Shown: positions 1-10,088 of the stretch, piece by piece
How positions within the stretch are numbered: position 1 is the first letter of the stretch
Layout: every line of letters starts with the position of its first letter
Assembly: GCA_965204375.1 (NCBI GenBank)
Contig: OZ241986.1
Span: 1,600,001 to 1,664,000 of the forward strand
Direction of reading: 5' to 3'
DNA: 64,000 bases
DNA from: Candidatus Latescibacterota bacterium
Lineage (GTDB): Bacteria; Latescibacterota; UBA2968
The notes under the pieces: generated by a model
Told to the model about the DNA's origin: nothing
Seen by the model: only the letters and a program-made list of their open reading frames with translations
Database searches by the model: none
Program-made: the position numbers and the translations under genes

Positions 1-230
1 TTACACCCAGCGCGCGGATATGTCGGCGGTTGTGCTTGTGCTGGGGCGTTGAACCCCGTCAAATTACGCTGATCGACGATACGGATCGCATGGTTGCCGA
101 AGTTGAAGCGCGTTTGCTCTCTGAGGGCAATGTGCGTTTTGGAGATACGCTGGTGATTTTAGCTGGTGCGCCCATCACGGCGCGGGCCGAGACCAATTTG
201 CTGAAATTGCATCGGGTTGGAGAAATATAG
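1..230 (+). CDS. pyk: Pyruvate kinase, C-terminal fragment (gene starts before window)
   Basis: Frame open from position 3: TPSARICRRLCLCWGVEP...GDTLVILAGAP...TNLLKLHRV, typical pyruvate kinase C-terminal domain. Confidence 0.85.
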   Translation, partial: TPSARICRRLCLCWGVEPRQITLIDDTDRMVAEVEARLLSEGNVRFGDTLVILAGAPITARAETNLLKLHRVGEI

Positions 231-278
231 TATTGCTCTTCTATCATATCTTTGATTTTTATGACTTATTGTGCCAGA

Positions 279-2042
279 ATGAATTACAATGATTTCTTAA
301 GGGTCCTCATAACGAGGGCCTATTTTATACTGGCCGCTCTGATGGTCGTTGTGCCGGCCCATGGGGAAACGCCATCTGATGACCCCATTGTGAGATGGCT
401 ACACATTTCGGGTCATCGGGCGGTTTGGGGGGGGGAACTGAAAGTGCTGATGGTCACACGCGCTTCGCCATGGTTCGATTTTCTTCCCTGGGTCCACGCG
501 CGTAGATACGATCCTTTGACTCTTACCTCTGATCTAGAAAAATTAAGAGCATATTACCGCGATTTGGGATATTTAGCAGTCGCGGTACATTCGACCGTTG
601 AGCAACTTAGCGCAGATGAGATTGGGCTGGATGTACACATTACAGAGGGATCTTTGACACGGATTTCCAGGACGTCGGTCATTGGCGGTGAAGATATCGA
701 GAATGCTTTTGAACAGCTTGAGGGCAAGCCACTATCGAGCAACATAGTGAACAAGGGCGTATCGCAGGTTGTAAGCGGGTTGCGGAATAAAGGTTATGCG
801 TTTGCACAAGCCGAGGTCGAGACGACGATTGTGGCGCAACAGGCCGAACTCGTTCTAAAACTCACATCTGGTCCCGTATGCTCTCTAAGTACTGTTCACA
901 TATCGGGCAACAAAGCCGTATCTGAGAACACCATTTCGCGCGGATTGACATTTCAATCGGGCGATCAATTCAGTGAAGCGGCATTGCGAAACAGCCGACG
1001 TCTGCTCTACCGTGCAGGGGTGTTCCGTTCTGTGGCTCTGGCCTTAAAGGATAGCTCTAAAAATCGAGTAGATGTGGATGTGCGCGTGTCTGAGCGCCGT
1101 TTTCAAGTGTTGCACCTGGGTGCGGGATATGATACGGATGAAGACTTGTGGGTATCGGGGGCGTGGACCCATCGCAATTTTGGTGGGGGTGCTCGCCAGC
1201 TCAAACTGTCTGGGCGGATTTCCGGGAAGAATAGGGAAACAGTGCTGGGTATGCGGCAGCCATATTTTCTCAGCAGCAACAATTGGTTGAATATCAGCGG
1301 GTTTGTGCAGCGCGAACGGCAGGCAGCGTTTACGCAGGACGAGTTGGGAGGAAATTTATCTCTTGAGCGAAATATTACAACGACAGCGGATTTAATCGCT
1401 CAGTTCAGCGGTGGTGTGGTTGATTTTTCGGCCGATAGTGCGTTTGCCGAGATGGAGGTCGGGTTGCTCATGGACACTCGCGACGATATTTTTGACCCGC
1501 AATCGGGTATGCTCGCACAGTTCACAGTGCGTGAACGCGGGCAGTTTCTCAGATCTGATGGCGAATTTTTGCAGGCAACAGCAGAGGGGCGATGGTTTCG
1601 CCGCATGCCCTTGCGAAGTGTGCTGGCACTGCGCGTGCAGGGTGGCATGATTTTTGAACTGGGCAAGGCGGGGGGTGTGCCCAATGTCGAGCGGTTTTTT
1701 GCGGGGGGACTCAATAGCGTGCGAGGATGGGGGTTGAATGAATTGGGGCCAAAAGACCACGAGGGCAATCCAACGGGCGGTTTGAGTCGCGTAGAAATGA
1801 GCATGGAGATTAGAACACAGATATTTTTTTCACTGGGTACAGCCATTTTTGTAGATGTGGGCAATGTCGATGCGAAATCGGGGGCGTTTAATCCCGGATC
1901 GCTTAAATATGCTGTGGGTGCGGGACTTCGGTATTTAAGTCCGGTTGGTCCCGTGAGATTTGATGTGGGCTACCGTCTGTCAGATGATAGCACTGTGACG
2001 AAACGAATTCAGTATCACATCAGTTTGGGACAGGCGTTTTGA
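279..2042 (+). CDS. Omp85-family outer membrane protein (TamA/BamA-like)
   Basis: POTRA-like repeats (YRDLGY, LRNKGY, LYRAGVFRSV), RFFAGGLNSVRGW motif, GLRYLSPVGPVRFD, C-terminal GQAF; start codon uncertain. Confidence 0.88.
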   Translation: MNYNDFLRVLITRAYFILAALMVVVPAHGETPSDDPIVRWLHISGHRAVWGGELKVLMVTRASPWFDFLPWVHARRYDPLTLTSDLEKLRAYYRDLGYLAVAVHSTVEQLSADEIGLDVHITEGSLTRISRTSVIGGEDIENAFEQLEGKPLSSNIVNKGVSQVVSGLRNKGYAFAQAEVETTIVAQQAELVLKLTSGPVCSLSTVHISGNKAVSENTISRGLTFQSGDQFSEAALRNSRRLLYRAGVFRSVALALKDSSKNRVDVDVRVSERRFQVLHLGAGYDTDEDLWVSGAWTHRNFGGGARQLKLSGRISGKNRETVLGMRQPYFLSSNNWLNISGFVQRERQAAFTQDELGGNLSLERNITTTADLIAQFSGGVVDFSADSAFAEMEVGLLMDTRDDIFDPQSGMLAQFTVRERGQFLRSDGEFLQATAEGRWFRRMPLRSVLALRVQGGMIFELGKAGGVPNVERFFAGGLNSVRGWGLNELGPKDHEGNPTGGLSRVEMSMEIRTQIFFSLGTAIFVDVGNVDAKSGAFNPGSLKYAVGAGLRYLSPVGPVRFDVGYRLSDDSTVTKRIQYHISLGQAF

Positions 2043-2067
2043 ATCCGCAGATGGACGCAGATGGACA
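2043..2067 (+). repeat. CGCAGAT-type short intergenic repeat
   Basis: ATCCGCAGATGGACGCAGATGGAC directly after the stop codon; same motif at 9237 and 39671. Confidence 0.7.
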
Positions 2068-2242
2068 GGTATAAGAAAGTCAAGTGATAAAAGTGCCAAA
2101 AACGAGAGTCGAGCGGTTAATCCTGCCGGTTATGTCTCAGGGCTTTACACAGGTATGTCATCGAGGGTCTGTGCCCTTAAATTGCTTCATTCAAGCTCCT
2201 GAGAGGCAGGCGAACACGTCACACAGATAGAGACGATTTGAG

Positions 2243-5200
2243 ATGAGTAGGCGAGCGAAATCAATAATCTGGATCTTGGTCGGCGCAGGCATTGTGCTGG
2301 GATTAGGGGCAATACTGGTCGCGGGGGGCTATACCAATGGTATTTTGCGCGGGTTGGCGCAACGCGCCCTGTCCTGGCAAGGGGATGAGGTCTGTTTGAT
2401 TGGCGAGGTTCAGGGCAATCCACTGGGGGATTGTCGCATCGTGGATGTGCAGGTTGGAGATTGGGTGCATGTAGATACGCTCGATGTAGAGTACAGTTTT
2501 TGGGGCCTGCTAACAGGGAAGGCTGTGTTTCATCGGCTGAGGTTGTCGGGGATTGAAATGCGGATTGACGCCTCTGATGAAGAGACCGAGACGTCGAGGT
2601 GGGATGTTCCGCCACCCCTGGATTTAGACATCGAGTCGCTGGAGATTGCGGATGCCAATGTCGTAGTTGATGGTACACAAGTGCGCGATATCTCGCTAAA
2701 GGGCGCTATTTTCGCGGGAGAATCTGAGTGCCGTTTGATCCTGGAGCGTTTTCGCTCGGTGCAATTCGATCCGCCGCTGGAGGTGACCAATCTATCTGGT
2801 ATTGCCATTTTGCAGGCCGGTCACTTGCAATTGAACAATGTGGCATTGCACACTCATGGCTCTCGTATTTTATTGAGCGGATTGGTGCGACAATTGGATA
2901 ATCCCGAGGTGGATCTCGTTTTGAAAGCCGATTCTCTATGGCTGGCAGATCTCAGGAATCTGGTCGATCTACCCACACGCGCTGTGCAGGTGCGTGGAAA
3001 CGTGAAAGGAGGGCTGCAATACCTTGTTACAGAATTGGTTGTAAAAGATGAAGAAGTTTTAATTGCGTTTAATGGCGTCATGGGAATTGCACCGTTTGAA
3101 GTGCGCGGAGACGCTGTTTTTGAGATCGAGACACATGATCTCATCTCGTTGGGATACACAGGACTTGATACTGATTTACCTCGTATCAGTACAAGTCTGG
3201 ATGGGATGATCACTTTCGCGGTGGATTCCTCTGGCGTAGAAAATGCCGTTGCTGAGGGTGTTTTTCGGCGCATGCAATTTGGGGATGCGCGGTTCGATTC
3301 CGTGCGTTTTTCCGTCAATTTGGCAAATGACCTGTTGCGAACGCAAGTCACTGCTAATGGGCCAAGCGGCAATATAGTGGGCAATGGGGAAGCGCGGTTG
3401 ACCACTTGGGATGGCAAATGGGAAATGCGATTCCGCGATCTATATGCTGAACATTTACCCGGTGTACCCAAAAAAGTCGGGCGCGTGACGGGGCGTATTG
3501 ATGGTGCGAGATATGTAGATCAACAGCTTTTTATCGATCATTTTGAGACACAATTGCAGAATTGGAGAACGCGCGTCAATGGGAATGGGCAGTTGCATTT
3601 TGAAGGAGAAAAATCGGCTATTGCGGGGAATGTTCAGGCGGAGGTGGCGTTGCCACATTTAACGGGTACAAACAGATGGGGTACATCGCTGACGCTTGCT
3701 GGAAATGTGGATGGCATCACAGGTGACGATTTGATGGTTGAATTGACGGGGAATATCGCGGGCAATGCCGCGGCTGATAGTTTGCATATTTCTGCATTGG
3801 TCAATTCTGAGGGACGATCTGATATTCGCGCGGATCTGTCGGGGACGGGTGGGGTGTTTTCCACTCAGGGGCATATTGATCGGCATTCCGAGGGCCAATG
3901 GCTGATGGATGTACAGGATTTAGAGGCGATAGGTGAGGTGGTGGGTGTGGATTTATCGGGGACGTTGGCCCTATCGGGCACATGGTCGGGAACGTTGGAT
4001 GCGCCTGGTTTTTCTGCACGAGGTAGCGCAGATAGCCTCGTCGTGGCAGGCATTCCGATAGAAAACCTTGCGATAGAGACGCAGTGGGCGCGGCCTGATT
4101 CGGGTGCTATTAACCTGCAAGTGGATCGTTTGATCTGGGGTGAACGTTCATTGCAGGAGGTGTTTTTCGAGGCGGTGTACGCACATGGCGAAACATCATT
4201 TTTGTTGGGTAACGGCGCACAAGTAGATGACCGCATCCTTTTTCGGGGACGCGCAGGGCAAAAAGAAGATTATTTCCAGGTGGCGATGGATTCGCTGTAC
4301 ATTAAGGTCGATCAGGTCGTGCTGCACAACGAAGGGCCTGTTAGATTTGCGTATTCGCCATCTCGGGGCGTTCACATCGGGCATCTGGTGCTTTCTGGCC
4401 CAGCGGGGCGTCTGATTGCGCGGGATCAACAGGGTTTTCAGGCGACTGTGGAAGTGTTGTTAAAAGATCTGGATTTGCGCCCCTGGGCATTTCTGGCGGG
4501 TGCTTCAGGTATGGGGGGTATTCTCAATGGTGAAGTGCTTTTTGCTGGCACATTGACCGATCCCCTTATTTTTATTCATTTCGCGCTTGCAAAGGGCAAA
4601 ATATCGGGTGTGGGATTCGATAGTGCCGCAGGAGAGATGTCCCTGGGCAATGACAGGATACACTTTGAGGTGAAAGTCGTACCCGATGGAGATGAGATGC
4701 TGGCACTGTTTGGCAGTTTTCCCATTGCAGGTACAGGTGATATGCACCTGCGCGCGCGATCTGATGGGATCGCGCTGAGAACGCGCCCGAACCTATCGGA
4801 TGAAAAAACGGAATTGGTCGGGATAAGACGATCCGAGAGATTGACATTTGGCACAGTGCCAAACGCGTTTTTAGGTGCCGCTGAGGGGATTTCAGGGATG
4901 TTATCGTTCGATCTGGAAGCGCGCGGTCGTTTTGAGCAACCGGACATTCGGGGAGTGCTCGAAATTCGAGATGGGGTATTCCGCTTGCCCGATCTGCAGC
5001 GGTCTTACACACCTGTTTCGGGACGTGCTGTGGTTGGCGACGGAAAAATTCAGATTGACAGTCTTTCGATTGGGACTTCGGCGAATCTTTCCGGTGACAT
5101 AATGCTTGAGGGTTTTTTGCCGAACAAATGGAATTTATCTGCGCAATTCCGCGATTTTGAACCGGTGGCCCGGCCCGAACTACAACTCGTGACGGATGGT

Positions 5201-6130
5201 CAATTGCAGATCACGGGAACGCTGCAGGGCATCAAAGTTGTGGGCAAATTGGCGATGAAACAGGCAGAGATTCGCCTGGCGGAATTGCTCGGAGTACCGA
5301 GCCTGGCGACGAAACAGGCGGAGATTCGCTTAACGGAATTGTTTGAAGAACCGAGCCCGGAAATGCCAGCATTTCTGAGGGATCCGGAAATACACCTGCA
5401 AGTGTCTGCTGACAGACAGGTGTGGTTGCGCGACCCGACGTTTGAGGTGGAAATTGGAGGCGATCTGGATGTGATAAAAAATCGCGAAGATTCGCGTATT
5501 TATGGCACGATGTCAAGCCGCCAGGGCAATTACATCTGGCAAAACCGCCGCTTGCGTATTACACGAGGTGAAATTCAATTTCAGGGCAGACCTGACTGGA
5601 ATCCCGATCTGGATATTCGCGCCGAGACGCGCGTGCGCGCTGTGACTGCAGTAGGCGAAAAGCCAGGACCTGTCGATATTATTGTCACAGTGGCGGGGAC
5701 ATTGACGTATCCGCAGATTTCGTTTGACATTGACAGCGATCAGCCACTTGGAGAGGATGTGGGGAATATTGTATCTCTACTGTTGACAGGCAGACCGGCT
5801 GGTCATTTTCAGTTTTCCCGCGATCATACGCTGGATCTGGTTGCGGGGGTTGTTGCAAATCGCCTGGGGCGGCACATTGGGCAAAAATTGCGTCTGGATC
5901 TGGTGGAGATCGATAGTGGCGAGGGCCGCCTTCTCCCCAGGATTAGATTGGGCAAGTATATTGGGGACAGGTTGTTTATAAGTTATGCACAGGATTTTTC
6001 GAGCACGGCTTATGAAGCGGCGATGGAGTTTGAGATCTTCCCAGAAGTGATATTGGAAGCGAGTCAGATAGAAGAGGTGAATCGACGCAGGCGAGGATCG
6101 GTAGGGTTATTCTGGAAGAAGGAGTGGTGA
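2243..6130 (+). CDS. TamB-like translocation/assembly module protein
   Basis: 1295 aa, N-terminal signal anchor, beta-taco-like repeats, DUF490-like C-terminus (NPDLDIRA, RLGKYIGDRLFISY); adjacent to Omp85 gene. Confidence 0.85.
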   Translation: MSRRAKSIIWILVGAGIVLGLGAILVAGGYTNGILRGLAQRALSWQGDEVCLIGEVQGNPLGDCRIVDVQVGDWVHVDTLDVEYSFWGLLTGKAVFHRLRLSGIEMRIDASDEETETSRWDVPPPLDLDIESLEIADANVVVDGTQVRDISLKGAIFAGESECRLILERFRSVQFDPPLEVTNLSGIAILQAGHLQLNNVALHTHGSRILLSGLVRQLDNPEVDLVLKADSLWLADLRNLVDLPTRAVQVRGNVKGGLQYLVTELVVKDEEVLIAFNGVMGIAPFEVRGDAVFEIETHDLISLGYTGLDTDLPRISTSLDGMITFAVDSSGVENAVAEGVFRRMQFGDARFDSVRFSVNLANDLLRTQVTANGPSGNIVGNGEARLTTWDGKWEMRFRDLYAEHLPGVPKKVGRVTGRIDGARYVDQQLFIDHFETQLQNWRTRVNGNGQLHFEGEKSAIAGNVQAEVALPHLTGTNRWGTSLTLAGNVDGITGDDLMVELTGNIAGNAAADSLHISALVNSEGRSDIRADLSGTGGVFSTQGHIDRHSEGQWLMDVQDLEAIGEVVGVDLSGTLALSGTWSGTLDAPGFSARGSADSLVVAGIPIENLAIETQWARPDSGAINLQVDRLIWGERSLQEVFFEAVYAHGETSFLLGNGAQVDDRILFRGRAGQKEDYFQVAMDSLYIKVDQVVLHNEGPVRFAYSPSRGVHIGHLVLSGPAGRLIARDQQGFQATVEVLLKDLDLRPWAFLAGASGMGGILNGEVLFAGTLTDPLIFIHFALAKGKISGVGFDSAAGEMSLGNDRIHFEVKVVPDGDEMLALFGSFPIAGTGDMHLRARSDGIALRTRPNLSDEKTELVGIRRSERLTFGTVPNAFLGAAEGISGMLSFDLEARGRFEQPDIRGVLEIRDGVFRLPDLQRSYTPVSGRAVVGDGKIQIDSLSIGTSANLSGDIMLEGFLPNKWNLSAQFRDFEPVARPELQLVTDGQLQITGTLQGIKVVGKLAMKQAEIRLAELLGVPSLATKQAEIRLTELFEEPSPEMPAFLRDPEIHLQVSADRQVWLRDPTFEVEIGGDLDVIKNREDSRIYGTMSSRQGNYIWQNRRLRITRGEIQFQGRPDWNPDLDIRAETRVRAVTAVGEKPGPVDIIVTVAGTLTYPQISFDIDSDQPLGEDVGNIVSLLLTGRPAGHFQFSRDHTLDLVAGVVANRLGRHIGQKLRLDLVEIDSGEGRLLPRIRLGKYIGDRLFISYAQDFSSTAYEAAMEFEIFPEVILEASQIEEVNRRRRGSVGLFWKKEW

Positions 6131-6143
6131 TGAAAAGGAAAAA

Positions 6144-6186
6144 TAAAAGGAACTGCCTCCAGATATTTTTTGGACGGCAGTTTTTC
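6144..6186. terminator. Bidirectional intrinsic terminator between convergent genes
   Basis: AACTGCC-TCCA...TGGA-C-GGCAGTT stem with A-rich and T-rich flanks. Confidence 0.6.
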
Positions 6187-6187
6187 T

Positions 6188-7888
6188 TTATGGGGCAATT
6201 TTCAATAGTTCAGCCACTTCTTCTGATGTGCGGTATTTGCCGTCGAAAAGTTGGATAAGGTAGAGTTGATAGGTCAGGTAGCGACTCAGGACGCTCGTGT
6301 GATCTTCACCTGCGAGGTGGCGTTGCCAGAGTTTGGAGGTATTAGATGTGTTGTAGAGAAGATGGTCGCCCAAGTTTTTGCCAGGCGATTGGCGTAACCA
6401 ATTCGCGTAATCGGCAAAGGTTCGGGGCGTGCGGTTGCGCAATCCTGTGAGTCTCCGCAGAATTTTGACCGTCCAGGAAGAATGGGATATGGGAAATCCC
6501 GTGGCCTGATAGGGTATATCCTTGAAATATTCGGGAAAGGTTTTGAGAAGCATCTGGCGGTAGAGACGATTGTTGGCTTTTTGTTGCAGGGGAATAGAAT
6601 AGAGAAATTCCTGCACCTGATTGTCGAAGAATGGCAAGCGGTATTCGAGGCCGTGCAAAAGTCCCAGACGGGGACCGTGAATGGTGAACCCGCGCATGCG
6701 CCAGTCTATGTAAAAAACGTGTGCCGATCCCGCCTTGTTAAATGCGGTTTTGAGGTGTTGGGTCGTGTTGCGATCCGCCTGAATGTGTAGCTTATTTTTC
6801 AGGTAAGCAGAGAGTCCTTTTGGATGAAAAAGATGGCCTGCACCTGCTAATCCATCACCTCCTGCGCCGTTGAGGCAGATGTCACAGGCTTCTTTCTGTT
6901 GTTTGAAGTGTTCAATGCCGTGCATGTGGAGCAGGTCAAGTGCACCGTCGGCATACCACACGCCGGAGATTCTCGGCAAGAGCCAATTTTGGCTGTGGAT
7001 GGGGAGAACAGTGTGTGGCGCGTTTTTTACGGATGCGGCCTGGGCTGCAATGCGAACATCTGCGCTGTCGGGGTGACCAAATGTGAAGATTTGAGACGTG
7101 CGAGGCATGGCGGCGAGGATCGCACGCGAATCGAGACCGCCGCTGAGGGCGAGACCTGTTTGTGGCGAGGTTCTCTGTTCTACAGCGGTGCGAAAGCGCG
7201 CGCCCAATTCATGTCCCAATTCGCGTTGGCTGTGATGCCCCGCAAGGGGGACAATTTTATCCCAGGACCAGTAGCGTCGCTGTGTAAGACTACCGTCGGA
7301 GATGCGAAATGTCATTTGCGTTGCAGGAGGCACGGGCGCGACGTCTTTGAGCCAGGTGCGATCGGAAGGCAATTGTCCGGTGGCGAAAAATATGTCGCGA
7401 GAAATGGGGTCAATCACGGGCGCAAATTCGGGAAGCGCGAGGAAGACTTTGGTCTGAGACGCCCAGGCAATGCGATTGCCCAGGCGCGTCCAGTAGAGCG
7501 GACGCAAGCCATAGCGGTCGGTGATAATGTGCAGTTCGTTTTTGTGTGTATCAAAAACCACGCCAGAAAAAATGCCATCGATGAGGTTCAATTGTTCGCG
7601 CTCACCCGTGATAGCCTGAACCAAAAATTCTGGGTCAGAAGTAGCAGATTGAGCCAGCGCGGCGCGGTTAAAAAATTCGCCATCGAGATAGGCAATATGT
7701 CCCGTTTGTGTCTGACAAACTGGGGGTGTGGTGCGCCACTCTGGCGCGAATGCAACGCCCGAAATATGCGGGGCAAAGACGATACGGTGCGCTTTTTGGT
7801 GTACGACAAGGCTACCTACCATGCGAGTGAGCGAACGGGTGAGTTCGCGAGGGGTAAGAGGCGATTGGGATATGAATCCTGCGAGCAT
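6188..7888 (-). CDS. Asparagine synthetase-related (glutamine amidotransferase-like) protein
   Basis: TDRYGLRPLYW, LSGGLDSR PP-loop, NGAGGD, RLPFFD; start placed at MLAGF. Confidence 0.8.
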   Translation of the reverse strand: MLAGFISQSPLTPRELTRSLTRMVGSLVVHQKAHRIVFAPHISGVAFAPEWRTTPPVCQTQTGHIAYLDGEFFNRAALAQSATSDPEFLVQAITGEREQLNLIDGIFSGVVFDTHKNELHIITDRYGLRPLYWTRLGNRIAWASQTKVFLALPEFAPVIDPISRDIFFATGQLPSDRTWLKDVAPVPPATQMTFRISDGSLTQRRYWSWDKIVPLAGHHSQRELGHELGARFRTAVEQRTSPQTGLALSGGLDSRAILAAMPRTSQIFTFGHPDSADVRIAAQAASVKNAPHTVLPIHSQNWLLPRISGVWYADGALDLLHMHGIEHFKQQKEACDICLNGAGGDGLAGAGHLFHPKGLSAYLKNKLHIQADRNTTQHLKTAFNKAGSAHVFYIDWRMRGFTIHGPRLGLLHGLEYRLPFFDNQVQEFLYSIPLQQKANNRLYRQMLLKTFPEYFKDIPYQATGFPISHSSWTVKILRRLTGLRNRTPRTFADYANWLRQSPGKNLGDHLLYNTSNTSKLWQRHLAGEDHTSVLSRYLTYQLYLIQLFDGKYRTSEEVAELLKIAP

Positions 7889-8040
7889 AAAAAACACCTG
7901 TCTGAATACCAATTGGAGTTTATCCGGGATTAGGTGTAATCAATATAAGAAAATCTTTAATAATTTCACTTTTCATTTTTTGCTTTTATAGGTACAATAA
8001 GGCAGTTCTAATATCGTCGCATTTAACCACAGAGGTCGGA

Positions 8041-9258
8041 ATGGCAGAGAAAAACTACAAGGTTCGCGCGGCGCATTGCAATTGGCGAGCATCGGAGGAA
8101 GAAATATACCAGACGTTGCGCCGCATTACAGACCCATTGCATCGGTCATGGGAAAAGCTGGAGAAAGCCAATCGGATTGTGATCAAGTTCAATATGATGA
8201 AGCTACACAATCGCATTATTTACTACATGGGACGACGGCGCGAGCTGGTCGATGACATGGTTGCACGTGCTGTATTGCGTTTGTTGCGAGAACGAACCCG
8301 TGCGGAAATTATTGCGACGGATACCAATCCCTATACGCGTGAACATCTGATGGGTGAGGATTTTAATTACGCGTATATTTTAAAAAAATACGATGTGGGG
8401 TTTGTCGATTCAAATGCCCCGCCGTTCAAACAGTATGATGTGCCGGGTGGCGGATGTATGTTTGATCGCTATACACTCAGCGCGTGTTTTGAAGGAGCAG
8501 AGGTGGTTTCTGTGGCAAAGATGAAGAATCATCTGTTTATGGGGGTTACGCTTTGCATGAAAAACCTCTTTGGCCTGCCCCCAATCACGCTGCCACACGG
8601 CCGCGTGCGATCCTATTATCACCATTTTATCCGCCTATCCTATGTGTTGCCCGATTTGGGATTGATCACCCAACCCTGTCTGAATATTGTCGATGCACTA
8701 ACCGGTCAATGGGGTAGAGAATGGGGCGGACAGGGGCGTATTTGCAATGCGTTATTAGCTGGTGACCAGGTAACTGCTACTGATGCATGTGGTGCCCATT
8801 TGATGGGTCACGACCCCACGTCTGATTGGCCTATTCCGCCGTTTCGACGCGACCGCAACCATTTGTTGATCGCAGATAGGCGCGGTTTTGGTACGGTTGA
8901 TTTGCGCGAGATTGATTTTGAGAGCGAAGTATCTGCGCCCCTGGCCGAGTTTGATTCAGAGCGTACAGATAGCGAGGAAATAGTGGAAAGCTGGCGTCGC
9001 ACCACCTGTGAGCAGGCCCTGTTTTACCAGGACCGTCGGCGAAATATCGTTGACCGGTATCGGAATGAATTTATCTTTTTGCAAGATGGCGACGTGGTCT
9101 GGCACGGTGCAGATCCCGCCAATTTGGGCAGCCGCAGACAGTTGAGCGGACAAAAAAAGGATCAGGGGATGTGGCTCAAGCTGGTCGATCCCGAAGAAAC
9201 CGAAGGCGAACACTTTGAGACTTATGAGGCGTGTTTATCCGCAGATGGACGCAGATGA
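8041..9258 (+). CDS. DUF362-family protein
   Basis: IVIKFN, VSVAKMKNH...GVTLCMKNLFG, LNIVDA motifs. Confidence 0.75.
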   Translation: MAEKNYKVRAAHCNWRASEEEIYQTLRRITDPLHRSWEKLEKANRIVIKFNMMKLHNRIIYYMGRRRELVDDMVARAVLRLLRERTRAEIIATDTNPYTREHLMGEDFNYAYILKKYDVGFVDSNAPPFKQYDVPGGGCMFDRYTLSACFEGAEVVSVAKMKNHLFMGVTLCMKNLFGLPPITLPHGRVRSYYHHFIRLSYVLPDLGLITQPCLNIVDALTGQWGREWGGQGRICNALLAGDQVTATDACGAHLMGHDPTSDWPIPPFRRDRNHLLIADRRGFGTVDLREIDFESEVSAPLAEFDSERTDSEEIVESWRRTTCEQALFYQDRRRNIVDRYRNEFIFLQDGDVVWHGADPANLGSRRQLSGQKKDQGMWLKLVDPEETEGEHFETYEACLSADGRR

Positions 9259-9324
9259 GCGCAGATAAAAGGCGAAGCAGATAAAAGGCGAAGCAGATAA
9301 AAGGCGAAGCAGATAAAAGGCGAA
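9237..9324 (+). repeat. CGCAGAT repeat followed by four perfect 16-bp tandem units GCAGATAAAAGGCGAA
   Basis: Units at 9261, 9277, 9293, 9309, ending immediately before ATG 9325. Confidence 0.9.
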
Positions 9325-10056
9325 ATGGATAGGTTGCGAACCGATACCGCCCATGTCTGGGCAGTGGATTTAGAGCGCGAGACATTTGATGGTCACATGT
9401 TGGCCGAGACGCTATCGGCAGATGAGTGGATGCGTGCCGACAGGTTTCTCTTTGAAAAGCACCGGGCGCATTTTGTTGCCGCACGCGGATGTCTGCGCGC
9501 GATTCTCGCCAAATACATGGAGTGCAAGCCAGGTGAACTGGCTTTTTTTTATGGCGAACACGGCAAACCCGCTCTGGCATCCCCTTGGGACAAATCCCAA
9601 TTGCGATTCAACCTGAGCCATGCGGCTGGGCTGGCTCTTATCGCGGTTTCTCTGCGTCGTGAAATTGGGGTTGATGTTGAGCATCTCAATCGCAAGGTCG
9701 GTCAGATGAAAGACATTGCGAAGCGTTTTTTCGCACCTGGCGAATACGAGCGGTTGTGCGCGTTGCCACGAGAAGAACAACGTCGGGCTTTTTTTTGTTG
9801 CTGGACGCGCAAAGAGGCCTATCTGAAAGCGATGGGCACCGGTCTTACTCATTCATTAAAAAATTTTGAAGTCAGTTTGGGACGCAAGGCAGAATTGTTG
9901 TGGATAAAAAAAGGCAATATAGAGGATTGGACGCTGCGACACCTCGAACCCGCAAAGGGTTATGTCGGCTCGGTGGCGATTGCAAAAAAAGATGTTGAAG
10001 TGAAGGTCGTGAAACACTTGTTGCGCGATCTTTGTCTGAATAAAGGTGTGAATTAA
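9325..10056 (+). CDS. Sfp/HetI-type 4'-phosphopantetheinyl transferase
   Basis: GKP, FNLSH, IGVDVE, WTRKEAYLKAMGTGL motifs. Confidence 0.92.
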   Translation: MDRLRTDTAHVWAVDLERETFDGHMLAETLSADEWMRADRFLFEKHRAHFVAARGCLRAILAKYMECKPGELAFFYGEHGKPALASPWDKSQLRFNLSHAAGLALIAVSLRREIGVDVEHLNRKVGQMKDIAKRFFAPGEYERLCALPREEQRRAFFCCWTRKEAYLKAMGTGLTHSLKNFEVSLGRKAELLWIKKGNIEDWTLRHLEPAKGYVGSVAIAKKDVEVKVVKHLLRDLCLNKGVN

Positions 10057-10088
10057 AGCGCAAGGGTGGCCCTCCGATTCAGGAGCAG

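Noticed and set aside
2101-2235. 6S RNA or SRP RNA
   Set aside because: No SRP GGAA-loop motif and no convincing 6S closing stem or length; kept as an unassigned structure.
6899-7933. Long antisense ORFs (also 19704-20582, 28433-29269, 29519-30304)
   Set aside because: They are shadows of well-supported genes on the opposite strand and show no recognisable motifs.
9237-9324. CRISPR array
   Set aside because: Units are contiguous with no spacers, only 16 bp long, and there are no cas genes.
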